A DNA stretch of 64,000 nucleotides from Camelus ferus (GCF_009834535.1 NC_045696.1:73224001-73288000), one strand, 5' to 3'; shown: positions 1-14,354, numbered from the stretch's first letter. The notes: a model not told the origin generated them from the letters alone. Numbers and translations are program-made.

Positions 1-1242
1 TGGTCTACATTGGCTTTAGTCACTTTTGTATTTCAGACTTTTTACTATTTACAGATTCTTTTTAGACTCTCCTACTGGAATCTCTCAAAATTCACTTAAA
101 GGAGCAAGTCTTTAGCAGTTAAATTTCATGAAAGTTTTTTTCTTTTTAATACAGAAAATAAGAGAATTGTTTTTAAATACATGTCTTGGGTCTTGTATGA
201 GCAGCTGTCTTAATGAGAGGAGGGAGGTGGTTAAAAGACTCTTTGGCTAAAAAAGTCATGTTTGAATTGGCTGTTGAATTGAAAATGGATTTCCCCAAAT
301 GGCCAGAAACATAAGCATTGTGCAACATTCCATCCTTCTGTCCTGCCCTGACCCCTTACCCACACCCTCTATCCCCAATATTCCTCTGTCCAATTTCTCA
401 GGATCTAGTCTTTTTAAACCACTTCATCCTGCATTTATAGTCTTTATATTGCTTTTCATATGACTGATATTACTATTAGGTGACACAATAGCTTCTTTTT
501 TATTACGTGATAATATTCTCTCCCCACTAATGTTCTGATAGCTTTATGAATGCCAAAATCAGTATTTCTTTATAGAAATGAATTTATAAGACACGGGTTT
601 CATGAGTACTCATAAAATGATGACAGATTCCACAAGCCACAGAAACAAATCAGTCTTATTTTTTCAAAGTCATATCTTAAGTACGTTGTTTGTTCTGAGA
701 CAGTGGAAGTTTTCAGGAACGTGTATGTCTCCATATTTCTTTAAACTATTACGTTCACTTGTATGAGCAGAGTTCTTGTTTGAAGTGAGGGCTAACCATA
801 GATTTTTCATCCTGCTATAGCCCAAACTGGAATTTCCTACAAAGCAGTTATGTTCTGTGTGTCTCTGTGTGTCTCTGTATAAACACATACACATATGTAT
901 ATTTATAAAATGAAATACTTTAAAAAGGTAAATCAGTAAGAAATATCACCCATAAATTCATCATCATCAAATTACCACTATTAATACTTCAGTGACTCTC
1001 CTTTCAATATATTTTCTATCGTGTTCTTTTCAGCATTGGGTATAGCATTAAACTTTTTGGTGGTGGTATTAATTTCACAGGTAAAATTTTTTCCTCTTAA
1101 ACTTTCATTTCTCTATTTTTGCACCTGAACATTTCTCATAACCAAGTGACTAGCCCTTTTTTCTTTTTTATATCCTTTGTCCATTTATATGTATTTTTGT
1201 ATGTTTATTTATAAAATCTTATTTTTTTAATCCATTAAAGAC

Positions 1243-1410
1243 AGGTTGTGTTTGAATCTTGCTCCACTACTCACTAACTGTGTGTCTTGGGCAGCTTATT
1301 TACACTTTCTGCATCTCTGGCTTCTCACCTATAAAGTGAGGTTAGTAACACCTACCTTCCAGGGTTCTTATAAGCATCAAATGAGTTAATATATATAAAG
1401 TGTCTGGCTG
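1243..1410 (+). mobile_element. MIR SINE
   Basis: Matches the MIR core: 'tttgaatcttgctccactactcactaactgtgtgtcttgggcagcttattta...cctataaagtgagg...acctaccttccagggtt...aaatgagttaatatatataaagtg'. Confidence 0.85.
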
Positions 1411-1988
1411 TGGCAGATCCAACATATGGGTTCACCATGAATTTCATTTTCATTGGCATGGAGCTAAACTGTATTTCTCAGCTCCCCAAGACCTAGGTAA
1501 AGTCATACAACTGTCTCACCGACAGAAGGTAAAGGGAAGTGTTATGTCACTTATAGGCTGGGGCAGGAAAGAGTCCTCTCTATTCCACAGTCACTGCTAG
1601 AAGCGAGAGACTCTGAGATGTCACAGTTACTAAATGGAAGGAAAGTGTTTTCCTGAATTATCACTTAGAGGAAAGCCACAGAGAAGAGCTACCTGACCCA
1701 TGTCAGAGTCTGCTGATATCTATCAGATGTCTTTTATTAAGAACTGGTACTTGGGGGTTTCCTGACTGCAGCAGCTAGAGTTATTTACCTTCTCCTACAT
1801 TTGCACGTGGTAAACCCTTAAGGAATAGAAGCTATGACATTATTATTGTTCACCATCAAAAGGGATGGCCAGTGTTAGCTTTGGACTTGAATAATACTTA
1901 ATAGTCATTGGCCAGATGGACTAAAACAATTTCCTGTGACTCTGAAAACTTCTCTCTATACTTCACTTAAAAATTTGTATATCCTCAG

Positions 1989-2019
1989 GATGATGTTCTC
2001 ATAAGAAATGTGAAGTACG
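1989..2019 (+). other. Candidate 31-nt microexon
   Basis: 'tatcctcag|GATGATGTTCTCATAAGAAATGTGAAGTACG|gtaagt': consensus donor, only a moderate acceptor. Confidence 0.25.
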
Positions 2020-3002
2020 GTAAGTATTTATATTTAGGTTTTATTTCTTTAAGGTCTCTACCTAAACTGAACCCCTTAATGCCACTGGCTCTTATTCATC
2101 TGAATGATTGTTTTCATAAAAAGGAAATTAGTACAATATGTTGGTGGAAGATACTGATTAGTAAAGTTGGATCAATGCTGTAAATCTGTTTGAACATAAT
2201 TTTGGGTATTTCTAGACTAACAAACTTAAGTGCAGGGACATAAGATCCTATTAAAGTAATTTATTCACAGACAATGAATAGGTATAAAGTCTCTAAAGGA
2301 ACACTGGGTAGAACAGTTTAACCTCATGAAGCCCCCTTCCCACACCAACATATTCCATGTATATATTTCTGGGAATGAGAAAAAATTTCAAAGTGTTCTG
2401 ATATGAGGTATTTTATTATTCTTTTAAAAAGTTTTACTCTAGGAATCCATTCAGTGCCCAGCATTTTGTGAACTGACAGTGCCCAGCTGAGGTGAAAGGA
2501 AGGGGGCAGAGGGCGAAGGGAGCTGCTGGGATGGTTCTTCTTGGTTGAATTCACTGTTTTTTGTTTTTTGTTTTTTCCATAGTGAGCTCTGGGGGATTCC
2601 CCTACTTTCCCCTTCAACCTCCTGTCCCTTCCTTTCTCTTCTGCTCTTCCTGTTCCTCATGTCCAGATTTCTCACAAAGGAAAAATGGCCCAAAGGGCTT
2701 TTCTGTATAATTAGGTGTCAGAAGGCTGAAATCTTTATTGTTCCTTTCCCTGGATTTCTTCAAGTGTGGTCATGACTAATTAACTCTGAACATGGGAGTG
2801 AGGAGGACCTGTTGTCAGGAACGAGGCATATTTGGGGCTGCTGACTTTCATGCACACACTTTAAGTTTGTTATTCTGTTTGTTACTCTATAGATACCAAA
2901 AATTATGTTCAAACAGATTTTCAAAGAGGTCTTGAAAAACAGGTAGAATTTTGACACAAGCTATTGATGGAGGGAGGAAAAGTTTGGTATGCCATAAAGC
3001 TG

Positions 3003-3207
3003 CTGCACTGTTCAATATGGCAGCCACTTTCTACTTGTGGCTATTTAAGTTCAAATTCAAATTAAATAAAAATAAAAATACAGCTCCTCAAGTCACACTA
3101 GTCACATTTCAAATGCTTACTAGCCACATATGGCTAGGGGCTACCACATCGAACAGAATAGAGTAGAACACTTCCATAATAACAGAAAGTTCTATTAATT
3201 AGTGTTT
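3003..3207 (-). mobile_element. MER3 hAT-Charlie DNA transposon (MITE)
   Basis: 'ctgcactgttcaatatggcagccact...tgtggctatttaag...cacatttcaaatgcttactagccacatatggctag...agaaagttctatt' is the reverse complement of the MER3 consensus, with its internal inverted repeats. Confidence 0.85.
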
Positions 3208-4094
3208 CTATAGAAAGAATGGTGATGAAAGGTCGGGAAGTGGAAACAATGAATAACCCAAATTTCTGTTCAAGCCCTTGGACAAAATACCAGAAATAAT
3301 GGTATATCCATGTATTTCCTTCCCAAATATAAATTGGAAATATACGCCCATGTAAAGATCAATGACTCAATTGTTTCACTGGCAGGTCTGGTTCAATAGT
3401 CATGCTGAGTTCATACTATAAATCAATAATGAAGACATAAAACCTAATAGGCCTATCTAATTGCTCCATCTATATGAGCATGCAGATTACAGTGGCTGAA
3501 AGCCAGGCCCTAGGGCACAGCCAAGCGTGGGTGCTGCTGTTTCTTCTGGCAGGGACCTGTTAGCTGACTGGGGCCAAGCTGAATGCCATGGCCCTGTCAC
3601 AGCGGCAGTCCCCCAAGAACTTGTTCATTATTAAATCATTTGCTTCTTTAGAAGTCGTGGCAATATCCATTGCAAAACCTAAAGGCAGGCAGACATTGGA
3701 GGAAACTGTAACTCAGAGAAACAAGTCCTGCTATATGAATATGGATGAATTGAGCAATATGTGACGGCAGTCATTGACAAATTTGTGAAGGTGCAGACTC
3801 CAACCTTTTGCTAAAGCTGTTGTCAGGCTCTGTCAGAAAGGTGATTTGGCTAAACCACCCCAAGTCATAGTGGTGGTTTTATAGAGTCAGTCAGGTTAGC
3901 ATTTGTCTGGGGTCCAAATGGACAGAGGTGTGTAGGCATAGAAAACCATGTATTGAGGCTTTCTAAATCTATGAGAGTCTAAAATGTGTGCCATCACTGG
4001 TTTAAAAAAGTCTGGAAAATCAATCATCTGGGGAAATCAAAGGCTGCCCCAAATATATGGAATACTGAACTTTTTGCCTGTGTGGTCCCTCTTA

Positions 4095-4170
4095 ATTTTT
4101 TTAAAAAATGGAGGTACTAGGGATTGAACCCAGGACCTCCTACATGCTAAGCATGTGCTCTACCCACCCC
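4095..4170 (-). mobile_element. tRNA-Ala-derived camelid SINE (Vic-1-like), 5'-damaged copy
   Basis: Reverse complement reads 'gggtagagcacatgcttagcatgtaggaggtcctgggttcaatccctagtacctcca' plus an A/T tail; homologous to the copy at 43604. Confidence 0.85.
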
Positions 4171-5379
4171 ATTCTGTTAATTTCAGATTCAATCATTGCT
4201 TACAACTTGACTTTGAGTCCTTTAAAATATTATTCAATAATAATCGATTTTTATTGTGCATTTTTGGATTTTTTTGGACACCATCATTAGGCGTTTTTTA
4301 ATATATGCTCAGTGGAAGACAGATCACTGTCCACTCTTAAAAGCGTTTAAGAGTACTAGAAAAAAGATAGGGGAGAAAACAGTGAGATATTAACTTTAAA
4401 TAATTACTTTTTAAAAGTAAGATATACTATATGCACACTATACATCCGTTAAGTATAAAATGCACTTTGTTTTTCTTATGAGGGAAGCTTACAGAACCAT
4501 ATTCTTCCCACCCGAAGACTGACATTTGGAGGAGTCACTGAGTGCTTTGTAGTTCCATAATGCTATGCACAAAGAAAGCAACTGCTATGCCATGGAAAGT
4601 ATTTTTGCATATAAACACCTGATTTCATGTAATGTTAACTAGTAGAGTGTCAGGGGCAAACATGAAAGTAAATCTGCATACCAGGAACACCTAGATAAAT
4701 ACAGATTTAATATTTTTCAGTTTATACGACTTTTTTTGAAAACACTTATGATAAATAGATTTTGATTATTTGATGCTTCTGGACTGCACATTTATTTGGG
4801 ACTATTCCCTCAATGAACTCAGCATTTTCAAAGACCTGAAGGAGAGATTTATTTTTCTTTTCTGAACAGTCAAGTAAGGGGAAAGGTGGTTAACTTCAGG
4901 TTTGTTTTTTTTTTTTTTAATTTTCAGAAGGTTCCTGCATTTCATAGGGAGGGAAATCCTACTGATGACACACCCATCCATAGTGTTATTTTGCTGGTTC
5001 ATGCTACCTCCACGGAAGAAATCACACCTATTTTTTTCTTCTCTATAATAAAAACCTATTACATTTACTGGGGAACCCACCAGTCTGTAGGAGCTCATTT
5101 ATTTCAGGATAATCTAGCTCCTGAAATACTGCTGATGACATTTACCTTCACCTAGATTGCAAGAACAGAACACACACAAATCGTCTGTGTCCCGGTTTCC
5201 TGACTGTGGCACCCGTGCACTGTTTGGACAAGCACAGGCCGCCTTGCTTGGTTATGACGGACATTTTAGAATATCTCTCACTCATGAATATAAATAGTTG
5301 TACAAAAATAAATTTTATAAAACCAGAGCTGGTAACAAAAAATCTCCTAGATACCAACAACTCTGAAAGAATCTAGTGT

Positions 5380-6420
5380 CACATTCCTTAGAATGTCAGA
5401 TTAAACTAACATGTGCCAGTCAATATTGCTACACTGTGACCCTTGAAGCCTCCTAAGCAAAACTATTAAGTCCAACATTCTCTCCTGTAAGCACTTATCT
5501 GTAAGGATGGCTAACATGTCCTCTGAAGCAGATATTGAAACTGATTGGACAATAGGTAGATACCAGACAGAGGCCTGGGGGCCGACCTCTAGAAATAGGG
5601 GGAGAAAATCTTAATCTGCAACACAATGCCGTTCTCTTGAAACCCTATCATTTTCACTTCCCATGTGTCTGCTGCCTGACTGTGAATGTATTTGAAAAGG
5701 AATGGTTAGTGCTGAAAATTGGATCAGAGCTAACATTCTCTCATTTTTATCAGCAGCTGCCAAAGGTCATCTGACATAATAGCTGATGAATTCAAGCCCA
5801 GTGGATTTCATTTGCAATTTTCAATTTACTGAGGCCTCCAAACCCCACGGTAATAAAAGCTTCCCCTATCGTGGCCTGTCACAAACATCAAGAAACTGCA
5901 CAAACCCACAAGAAAGAAAAAAGAGAAAGCTGTGCATCCTCGCAGGTACAGATAAGGAGAACAGGAAGAAATAGTATCATGCGGAAGGTACGGAGCAGCT
6001 TGTGTGGCTAGTTCTCTAAATGCCAATTGAAAGGAAAAGACTATGAAGAACAATCAAATAACTTCCACGGAATAACATCATGTTTCTTTGGGGCTTTTGT
6101 GTGAAAATTGCCTTCTAATCTCTTACTTGACATGCCCTCAAACAAAAATGGGAGTGTAAATATGCAAATAAATAAATGAATAAATGATGCTTGTTATTTA
6201 GTCCCTGGAAAGAAAGCATGCTCTGTGTGTGTTGCGTTTAGCTTAGTTTTGACTTACAAAACGCAAGCTTGTATCTTGCCTATCTTTTATCATGGAAGCG
6301 TCAGTCAGTCAACACTAAGAAATCATTTGTTTTGTTACAGAGCAATGATAGATCCTCTGATTGATTTGCAAGGGCAGTCAAAGCACTGACATAGCAACTA
6401 CTTGTAAGTGGATCTAGCTA
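5380..6420. promoter_or_regulatory. Putative enhancer / conserved non-coding block
   Basis: No repeat recognised. Contains CAAAGGTCA (5761-5769), ATGCAAAT (6162-6169) overlapping Fox-like GTAAATA/AATAAATA, TGATTGAT (6358-6365) and several TGACA/TGTCA words. Function is inferred, not shown. Confidence 0.4.
6341..6403 (+). other. Candidate non-coding exon (63 nt)
   Basis: 'cactaag...atttgttttgttacag|AGCAATG...CTACTT|gtaagt': branch-like CTAAG, pyrimidine tract, GTAAGT donor; stops in all three frames. Confidence 0.3.
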
Positions 6421-7714
6421 GACACAGTGTATATCAAAGAGGAAGAAAGTCATTTTCCCCCCTTGTCAAGCTATTTATAGTGAACTTAGGATCAGGGACT
6501 GAATCCTGCTCCCAGCAATTGTTCAAACTGAGGAGACCATATGTGTGTCCCTTGGAGAATGGCAAGTTTAAAAGCCAAGCCATCTTCATCCTATCCTACT
6601 TAACTCACAGCATAGCCAAGAAAAAGAGAAAGCAAAGGGATGACCGCTGTTTGAGATGTAACTGCTGGGAGAATTTAATTTCAGACGGGGATGTCTGGAT
6701 CCTATTTCTACCAAATAGATTCAGAAATGCTTATGAAATTGGTCTAATGAGGCAAGAGGACTTGGCAGTGGGCAACTACCAACTTGCCTAATGACAAAAT
6801 TTCTCATGATAGTTGACAAGAAAGCTCAAAAATGACATCAACAGGGCCAGGATATTAACTTCATCTGTGTGTTGGTAACTGTGAGACAATCACAGTTTGG
6901 AAAGGAAAGAAATTCCTGGTTGAACTGGCTTGTAAGACATTGTCTGTTACAGAATCATTCTTTAAACTGTCATAGCAAAAAATAAAAATATGGGCTAGTC
7001 ATCATAATTGAATCCTTAGTTCTTGGAAACTGAGTTATTTCTTAAGATTTTCTATTAGCAAAAAATTTAATGATCTTTTAATTCTTGAAACTGTCAAAAT
7101 AGAAAGACGGCTTCCTAAGTAGCTAGAAATGGCAGGAATTAACATTTTGAAATAAGGGATACAAAATTTTATTTTTAAGCTGCAGAAAATATGGATAGTA
7201 ACCATGTTTAGCATTTCAGTATTTTTTTCCTACACAAAATTGTCCAGATGTCACTTTTCAAAGGTTGCTTTTCCCTACTCCTCTTTTTAGTTTTCGTATG
7301 TTCACAGTGAACTCTCTCTATAATTTGCAGTTTTTTATGGCTTCTCTTTGGATTGTTAGCATAGTACAGAGTCCCTGGTGGTAGCAAAAGATTATTTAAT
7401 AGGCTCTTAATTTAATCAGTCCTCTAAAAAATACATATAACTTGGTGAGGGTTTTTCATTATCTCTCTTCTATGGCAGTGATACAAGGCAAGCTGGACCA
7501 ATTGGTCTGTAGTTACATAGCAGAAAGGTTAATCTCTTTTATGTTCCTTCTATTAGAAAGGCAGATCTCAAATCTTCAAGGCAGAGTCCTAAATTGTTCT
7601 TGTAGACTGGCTCAGAGAGACTGTTCCTTCTCATGCCCTATGGCTAATTACATCCAGTCAGGCCAGAGCACTCATTCACTGTAGTTCGAATGCACAACAG
7701 AGCATTTCCCATTT

Positions 7715-7850
7715 CATTAACTGATTCTTTCATTCCTTCATCTAGCATTTATTTAGCACCTACTCAGTGCAAGACACTATGTTGAGAACGGTGAATAAGA
7801 TAAGACTTTCCCTATTTTCAGAGAGTTTACAGAAGAGTGGAATAAAGAAT
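7715..7850 (-). mobile_element. L2 LINE 3' end
   Basis: 'cattccttcatctagcatttatttagcacctactcagtgcaagacactatg' is the antisense L2 tail signature. Confidence 0.75.
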
Positions 7851-8389
7851 GTTTTAAATCTGTTTTCTCTACCCTCTCCCTCCATCCCATTGAGTTTATG
7901 TCATATAACTATAAAACTTTAAAATAATAAAAAGTTTAACCTGACTATTTTGGACAATGGGATGACACTGCTGACATCTGGACAACATCTTATTTTAGTT
8001 GAAAGCTGTGTTTCCCCTTTTTTGGGGTTTTGGTTTTTTTTGTTTTTTGTTTTTTGGTAATACATGCATCACTATAACATTTTTTCTAAGTCTACATACA
8101 ATCTATATTTATTTACTAAATACATTTCTTTGACTCATTGTAGCTTTTTAAAATTAAATAAATTCAGTGAGGAGGAGAGTACTGTCTATACTATTACAAA
8201 TAGAAAGCCTGTATCATGAACCATGAATAAAATATAATAAAAATATAAATGTATAACTATTATTGTACTACTCCGTGCACCACCTACAAAATTTTAAATT
8301 TCACTACTGGTATGAGCTCCACCCTTTGGAAAATACTGATTTGGTGCGTGGTGCCAATAAAGACCAGTGTGGCAGATTTGACCTCTGTG

Positions 8390-8860
8390 AGAACAGCTGC
8401 TCCATGAGGACAGATACTTTGGTTTGTTTCTTACTGTACCTCCAGTTCCTAGAACAATGCCTAGCACATATTAGGCAGTAAAAATATTATTTGTTAAATA
8501 AATGAACAAGGGTTAGTTAACTTCTCAAAGATCAACGTGTATTGCCCCTATAGTCATAATCATCATCTTTTATCATGACTACTTGATTAATATCTCCCTA
8601 ATCACTAGACTGCTCAAAGATTTTATCTTTTTTGTTCACCTCTGTCATAATCTTCTGTGCCTGGAAAAATGTCTGTCACATAGTAGGTGCTCAAAAATAA
8701 TTCATTGAATGAAGGGATAACACCATTCCAAGATCATACAGCTTTTTCTATGGTCTCATTAGTCATTTTTATAGACGAGTTGAGTTGGCCAACATTAGCT
8801 TAAAGCTGGTTAGTGCCTGGCAGGTTAAAAAAGAAAACTTTGTTGAATAAATGAATGTCT
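8390..8860 (+). mobile_element. Cluster of L2 3'-end fragments
   Basis: 'gctccatgaggacag...cctagaacaatgcctagcacatattaggca...aataaatgaa' and 'cacatagtaggtgctcaaaaataattcattgaatgaa'. Confidence 0.7.
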
Positions 8861-9714
8861 GGACATTTTTGTGATACCAGAAAAGAGTCAATGCCATATA
8901 TGAAAGAACTTTAAAGGAGAATAAATAATCCTTTCTCAACACTTAAATGTAGTGCCAATTTTCAACTCTTGACTAAGTTACCCCTGGCAAGCCTTTCTTA
9001 CAATTTTACAAATTAATATTCCAGTGGAATTTATGTGTTTATAGAAAAACTGACAAACATTTAGGTCAGCAAATTATACGAAATGGTACCAGCCAATGAC
9101 CTGATGGTATATTTTCATTTATATTGCTTTTATGAATTCCTTAATTCACTTAAGAATCAAACATCCTGACTAGGCAAGTGATATTTACAAAATCTAAGTT
9201 CATGCTTTTCAATTATGAGAACATCCATAAGAAGAATTAGTGAAGAATTAGCTGCATTTCTGTGTTCCCACCCCCAAAAGAGTACTGTCAATCACTGCCC
9301 CAAACATAAGCTTTTGTAGGTTTTGAATGCTTTGAACTGGAAAACGACTATTTTAGTGGATAATTAAAGGGTGTTACAACTGATTGAGCTTGTGTAGAAT
9401 CAGGAAAATTGGTGGGATTGGAATGGACATATAGGTCATACCACTTTTCTTTTGTAATATTTTCTTCTACAAATGATGTTTCAGTTGAAAATAAAGCCTT
9501 GAACTAGGGTATCACAAATGGGTTGATAAGGTGTAAAATCAAACACTGGGAGAACTGTTTATTGTTTGAGAAATCAAACTCAAACAAGGGGATGATTTCT
9601 TTAACAGCATAATTCTTTCTCACAAATTTACAGATTGAATTATGCATAACTATGGTTTATTTTAGCAAATCAATACTTATCTAATCTGTGCTGTATGGAG
9701 TAGGGTCCAGTGAG

Positions 9715-9912
9715 ATATTAATGAGTATCATTTAGAAAAAATCTGGGGTCAGGAAAGTTTGGGTTAAATAAATTGTTTTAAATGTTCCCCGGTCCTTCAG
9801 AATATGCCAGCATATATTGGAACCAGTCAAGATTAAACTTATTTAAGCATGAAGATTTTTTTCCTCACAGAATACTATTAGAATCCTCCAGAGCACAGGT
9901 TGGGAAACCCTC
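9715..9912 (+). mobile_element. Degenerate hAT-Charlie MITE (MER103-like)
   Basis: 'aagtttgggtt...cagcatatatt...aaacttattt...cacaggttgggaaaccct'; resembles the copies at 48530 and 61285. Confidence 0.45.
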
Positions 9913-10849
9913 AGAGTACAGCCATCCCTACATATACATCACTAAGTACATTTGCATGGTTCTGTATATTTTAAAAGTTATTATTCATGGGTAAGCACAT
10001 TTGACTGTCCTTTATGATTGGATTACCGCATTCCGTTGATTCTTATTTTGTAGTTGGCTTTATTCCTTTGATAACCATGTAAGTTTAAAAAGCTAGACAT
10101 CTAATCTGTTCTTAGAAACAGTAATTAGTACATATATGAAAACTAAAAAAAAGTGCAGTATACTGTATATATGTATTTACATGCAATATAATGTATATGT
10201 GCAAACTGCAATAATTCTATGCAATAAAACTGAAAAAAGGGAAAAAATAAAAACAGTTTGAATCATTAAAAAAAGTTACTATAAATTATATGTCTATAAA
10301 TTTTTACTAAAAGTTATATTTTGAGATATGTCTATGTTGCTACATGTAGGACCAAATTATTTCAACTCTACTGAACTGTTTTATAAATATATCATATTTT
10401 ATTTTTCTATTCATCTATTGTTGAAAGTTTGTTTTCAGATCTTTGATAATACAGTGTGGGGATGAGCAGTTTTAAGCCTCTTTTCTTCTTAGTTTGAGTG
10501 TGCCCTTCTTCTTGCTGTCGTGCTGCTCAGTGGGAACTCTTGCACACCCACTGGGGCTCACAACTAGTGAACTTCAGACACCCCTTCCCCTGACATGAAG
10601 GTGACTCCCAGCAAATGCAGCGACTGCCCCAGTGATCAGGTTCCTGCTGAGCTCCCAGGCACCCTGGCCAGCCTCTCAGAAAGTTCAGTAACACCCCTCA
10701 TGGGAAGATTCCCTGAAGGTTCATGAGCATCCCACCCCCCAAGTTCATGGATAGCCTAGGTTTGCCATCCCTTACCAGAATTAAAGCCCAGATTTGGATA
10801 AATTCATTTCCTAATTGGATTAAGATGATCTGAGATTGGTAGGGTCCTA

Positions 10850-13670
10850 GCTTTGCTTTTTACCAGACACCAATGTAAATTCACTCTAAAGAAAAATACC
10901 ATGATCCAAAGCATCAAAATATCTTTAAAATCATAAAATGAAGCAAAAAAAAAAAAAAAAAAAAAAAACAAAGAAAAAGCAGATACTAAAAACAAATATG
11001 CAGGAGATACAGATATGGAGTTATCAAACATAGGCTTAAAAATTACTATGTTCCATATGTCCAAGGAATTAAACTGCAAGAAAATTTCAACAGGGAATTG
11101 AAAACTATAAAAAAAGATTAAAGTTAAATTCTAGAAATGAAAAATATAATAACTGGGTTTAACAGCCAACTAGATACAGTTTAAGAAAGAATTTATGAAG
11201 TGGGATATGGTTCCAGAACAAACATGACAAGCATGGAGAGATAAAGAAATGAAAATACAGAAAAAAGTATAAAAGGCATATCAAATATATTTGTAGACAA
11301 CAGAGTAGAAAGAGAATGGATAAGAGGCAATATGTGAAGAGATAATGGCTGAGAACTTCCCAAGCCACATTTTAAAGAAGGATGGTAAACCCTACAAAGA
11401 CAAACATTGCTAAGCACATAATAGTGAAACAACTGGAAAACAAAGTCAATGAGAAAAATCTGAAAGCACAGAGAGAAAAAAGAAACATTATTTTCAAACA
11501 AGTAAGAATAATATAGTTATTTCCTCAAAAGAAACAATGTAAGTCAAAAGTTTTCAAGGTATTGAAAGAATATAACTGTCAACCTAGAATTCTATACTCA
11601 GTAAGGATGTCTTTCAAAAATGAAGTCATTCTCATACGAACAAAATGGGAAAAGTAATACATCAGCAGACTTATACTTTTCATAATGATGAAAGTTTCAG
11701 TTCACCAGAAAGAGGAAAAATTCTGACTTTGTAGGCACCTAATGACACAGGTTCAAAAATATAAAGCAGAAATGGACAGGATTAAAAGAAAACAGAGACA
11801 AATCCACAATCATGTTGAAAGATTTTAAAACTCTTCTCTCAATAACTGATGAAACAAGTAGACAAAAAAGTGGTATGAATACAGATGATTTAACTAACAA
11901 ACTGGGAACTTCACCCCAAACTGCTTTCTTTTTAGTGTACATGGAACATTTATCCAAACTGACATATACTCAGCTATAAAACAAGTCACAAAAAATTTCA
12001 AAAGATTAAAATTATTCAGAGCATTTTCTCTGGCCATAGTGGAAATATATTAAATATCAATAACAACAACAATGCTAAAACCCACAAAGATTAGGAATTA
12101 AACAATAAATTTTTAAATATGCAAGGGGGTTAAAGAAAAATGTCATTCTGGATATTAGAGAATATTTGAATTGAATGATAATGAAAATATGATATATCAA
12201 AATTTATGGAATGCAGTTATGGATGCTTGATGGAAATTTAGAGCCAAAGTACATATATTAAAGAAAAATAAATGTTAAAAATATAAGATTTAAGCATATA
12301 CCTCAAGAAACTGGAAAAGAAAAAAAAACACATCTATAGGAAGTATATTGATCAAAGAAAAAAAGAGAGGAAAGGTACAAATAATATCAGACAAGACTGG
12401 AGATCTCACAGTTAAAAAATGACAATTAAAAGATATTATAAATATTTTATGTCAATAAACATACAAATTTAGATGAAGTGTACAGAGTCCTGTAAAAATA
12501 CAGCTGACCAAGAGGAAATAGAAAATCTGACTTATCTATATTTATGAAAGAAATGGAATCTATAGTTTAAAGCTATAGGCCTATAGACACCTGATGGTGT
12601 CTACCCAAGTTTTAAGGAAGAAATAAATCCCAAATTATACAAACTTCTCAAGAGAAAAGAAAAAGAAGAAAAATCTTCTAAATCATTTCATGAAGCCAGC
12701 ATAACCTTGATACTAAAACTTAGTAAGAATATTATAAAAAATTAAATTACAGGGCACTTTTCCTCCCTTCCTCCTTCCCTCCCTCTTTTCTTCTGTTTCT
12801 CTCTTTCTTTCTTAGGAACATAGATGGAAAGAGCTTGAAAAAAGTACTAGCAGACCAAATCCAGCAATGTTTAAAAAGGATAATACACCATGACCAAATT
12901 GGGTTTATTCCAGCAATGCAAGAAGGTTGGTTTAACAGTTGAAAATCATTTATTTTAAGTCACCACATTAATGAAATAACTAGAGAAAATCATATGATCA
13001 TTTCAACAGGTTCAGAAATAGCATGTGATGAAATTCAGTATCATCTATGTTAAAAACTCATAGCAAATCAAAAATAGGAGGGAACTTTCTTAAGCAAATA
13101 AAGGGTATCTACAAAAAACTTACAGCAAGTATGATAATTAATGGTAAAATCTTGAAAACTTTCCCTCTGAAATTTGGAATGAGATATGGGTGTCTTCTAT
13201 TACTACTGTTCAACATTATAGTAGGGTAAGGTCTTAGGGAATGCAATAATGGAAGAAAAATAATATGCATAATGTTTAGAAAGGAAAAAATAAAATGATC
13301 ATTTTTTGCAGATTACATAATTGTATATGTAGAAAATATAAAATAATCTACAGATAAACAATTGGAACTAACAGGTAATTCTTAGAAAAATGACAGATAC
13401 AAGGTCAATATATAAAAATCTATCGTATTTCTATAAACAGTAAAAAACAATTAAAAATGAAATTTAAAAAATCATATCATGTATAAGAATATAAGAAATC
13501 ATTAAATGCTTAGGAAAGATCTCTACAAAGAAAACTATTGGGAAAATTTTTAAAAGACCTAAATTAATGGAGAAATATAGCATATTCATGGGCTGAAAAA
13601 CTTCATATGAAGATGTTATTTGTCCCAAATTGATCCACAGAGTAATGCAATCCCAATCAAAATCTTAACA
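10850..13670 (+). mobile_element. Old L1 (L1M-type) with decayed ORF1 and ORF2 (endonuclease to RT)
   Basis: ORF1-like 'tgtcaacctagaattctatactcagtaag'; ORF2 motifs 'cacctaat...aaatccacaatcatg' and 'ccatgaccaaattgggtttattccagcaatgcaag'. ORF 13047-13229 (KGIYKKLTASMIINGKILKTFPLKFGMRYGCLL) matches the L1 RT region. Many stops and frameshifts. Confidence 0.92.
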
Positions 13671-14354
13671 ATATACTAGGGCAGGTATTAGGATTAGTAA
13701 GGAATTGGATCTCATGAAAAGAAAGCTGAGCTAAACAGCTTTACTAAGTTAACTGAGTCAAGAAAGGAAATTTACAATTGACAGATCTGGACTTTAAGGT
13801 GTGGGGAAACTATTGTAATTATTAAACTAAACTAAGCTGCATGAGGGAAGGAACAGGATTTTTCATTGTGCCTTTACAGTCCTTACTCATCTTTTACATC
13901 TATAATCTCCTTGAGAACTCCCAGCATCCCAGGATGGAGGATTATCTGCTAATCCTCTGGAGGAAGAAGTACACCCCAAATTAAGAGGACATAGAAATTT
14001 GAAATTCTTAGAATGGGGGTTAGAACACAGTTCTTCTAGATTCTTGTCCAAAGGCCTTACCAGAAAAAGATGTTAAAAACTAATACATATGTGCACCATT
14101 CAGGGCACACAGATACATAATAAATATTATTTGAAATTTAAAGTATATGCAGATATGAAAAGAAAGATATATAGAAATGATTATTACAAAATGCAAATGT
14201 TTTAATGCACTCTTCCCTCAACTTAGAATGCCTCTCGTTCATTTATTCCCTAGCAAATTCTTAGTTGTCTTTCAAAACTTCACTGCAGCATTTTCTCCTC
14301 TGAGCAATTATCCTTTCCACATAAGCAGAGTTCAACACTGAGTTCAACTGCAGA

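Noticed and set aside
5786..5974. ATG-initiated 62-aa ORF with a possible donor at 5946 as a first coding exon
   Set aside because: No recognisable homology, weak donor (gtacag), no CpG-island promoter; overlaps enhancer-like motifs.
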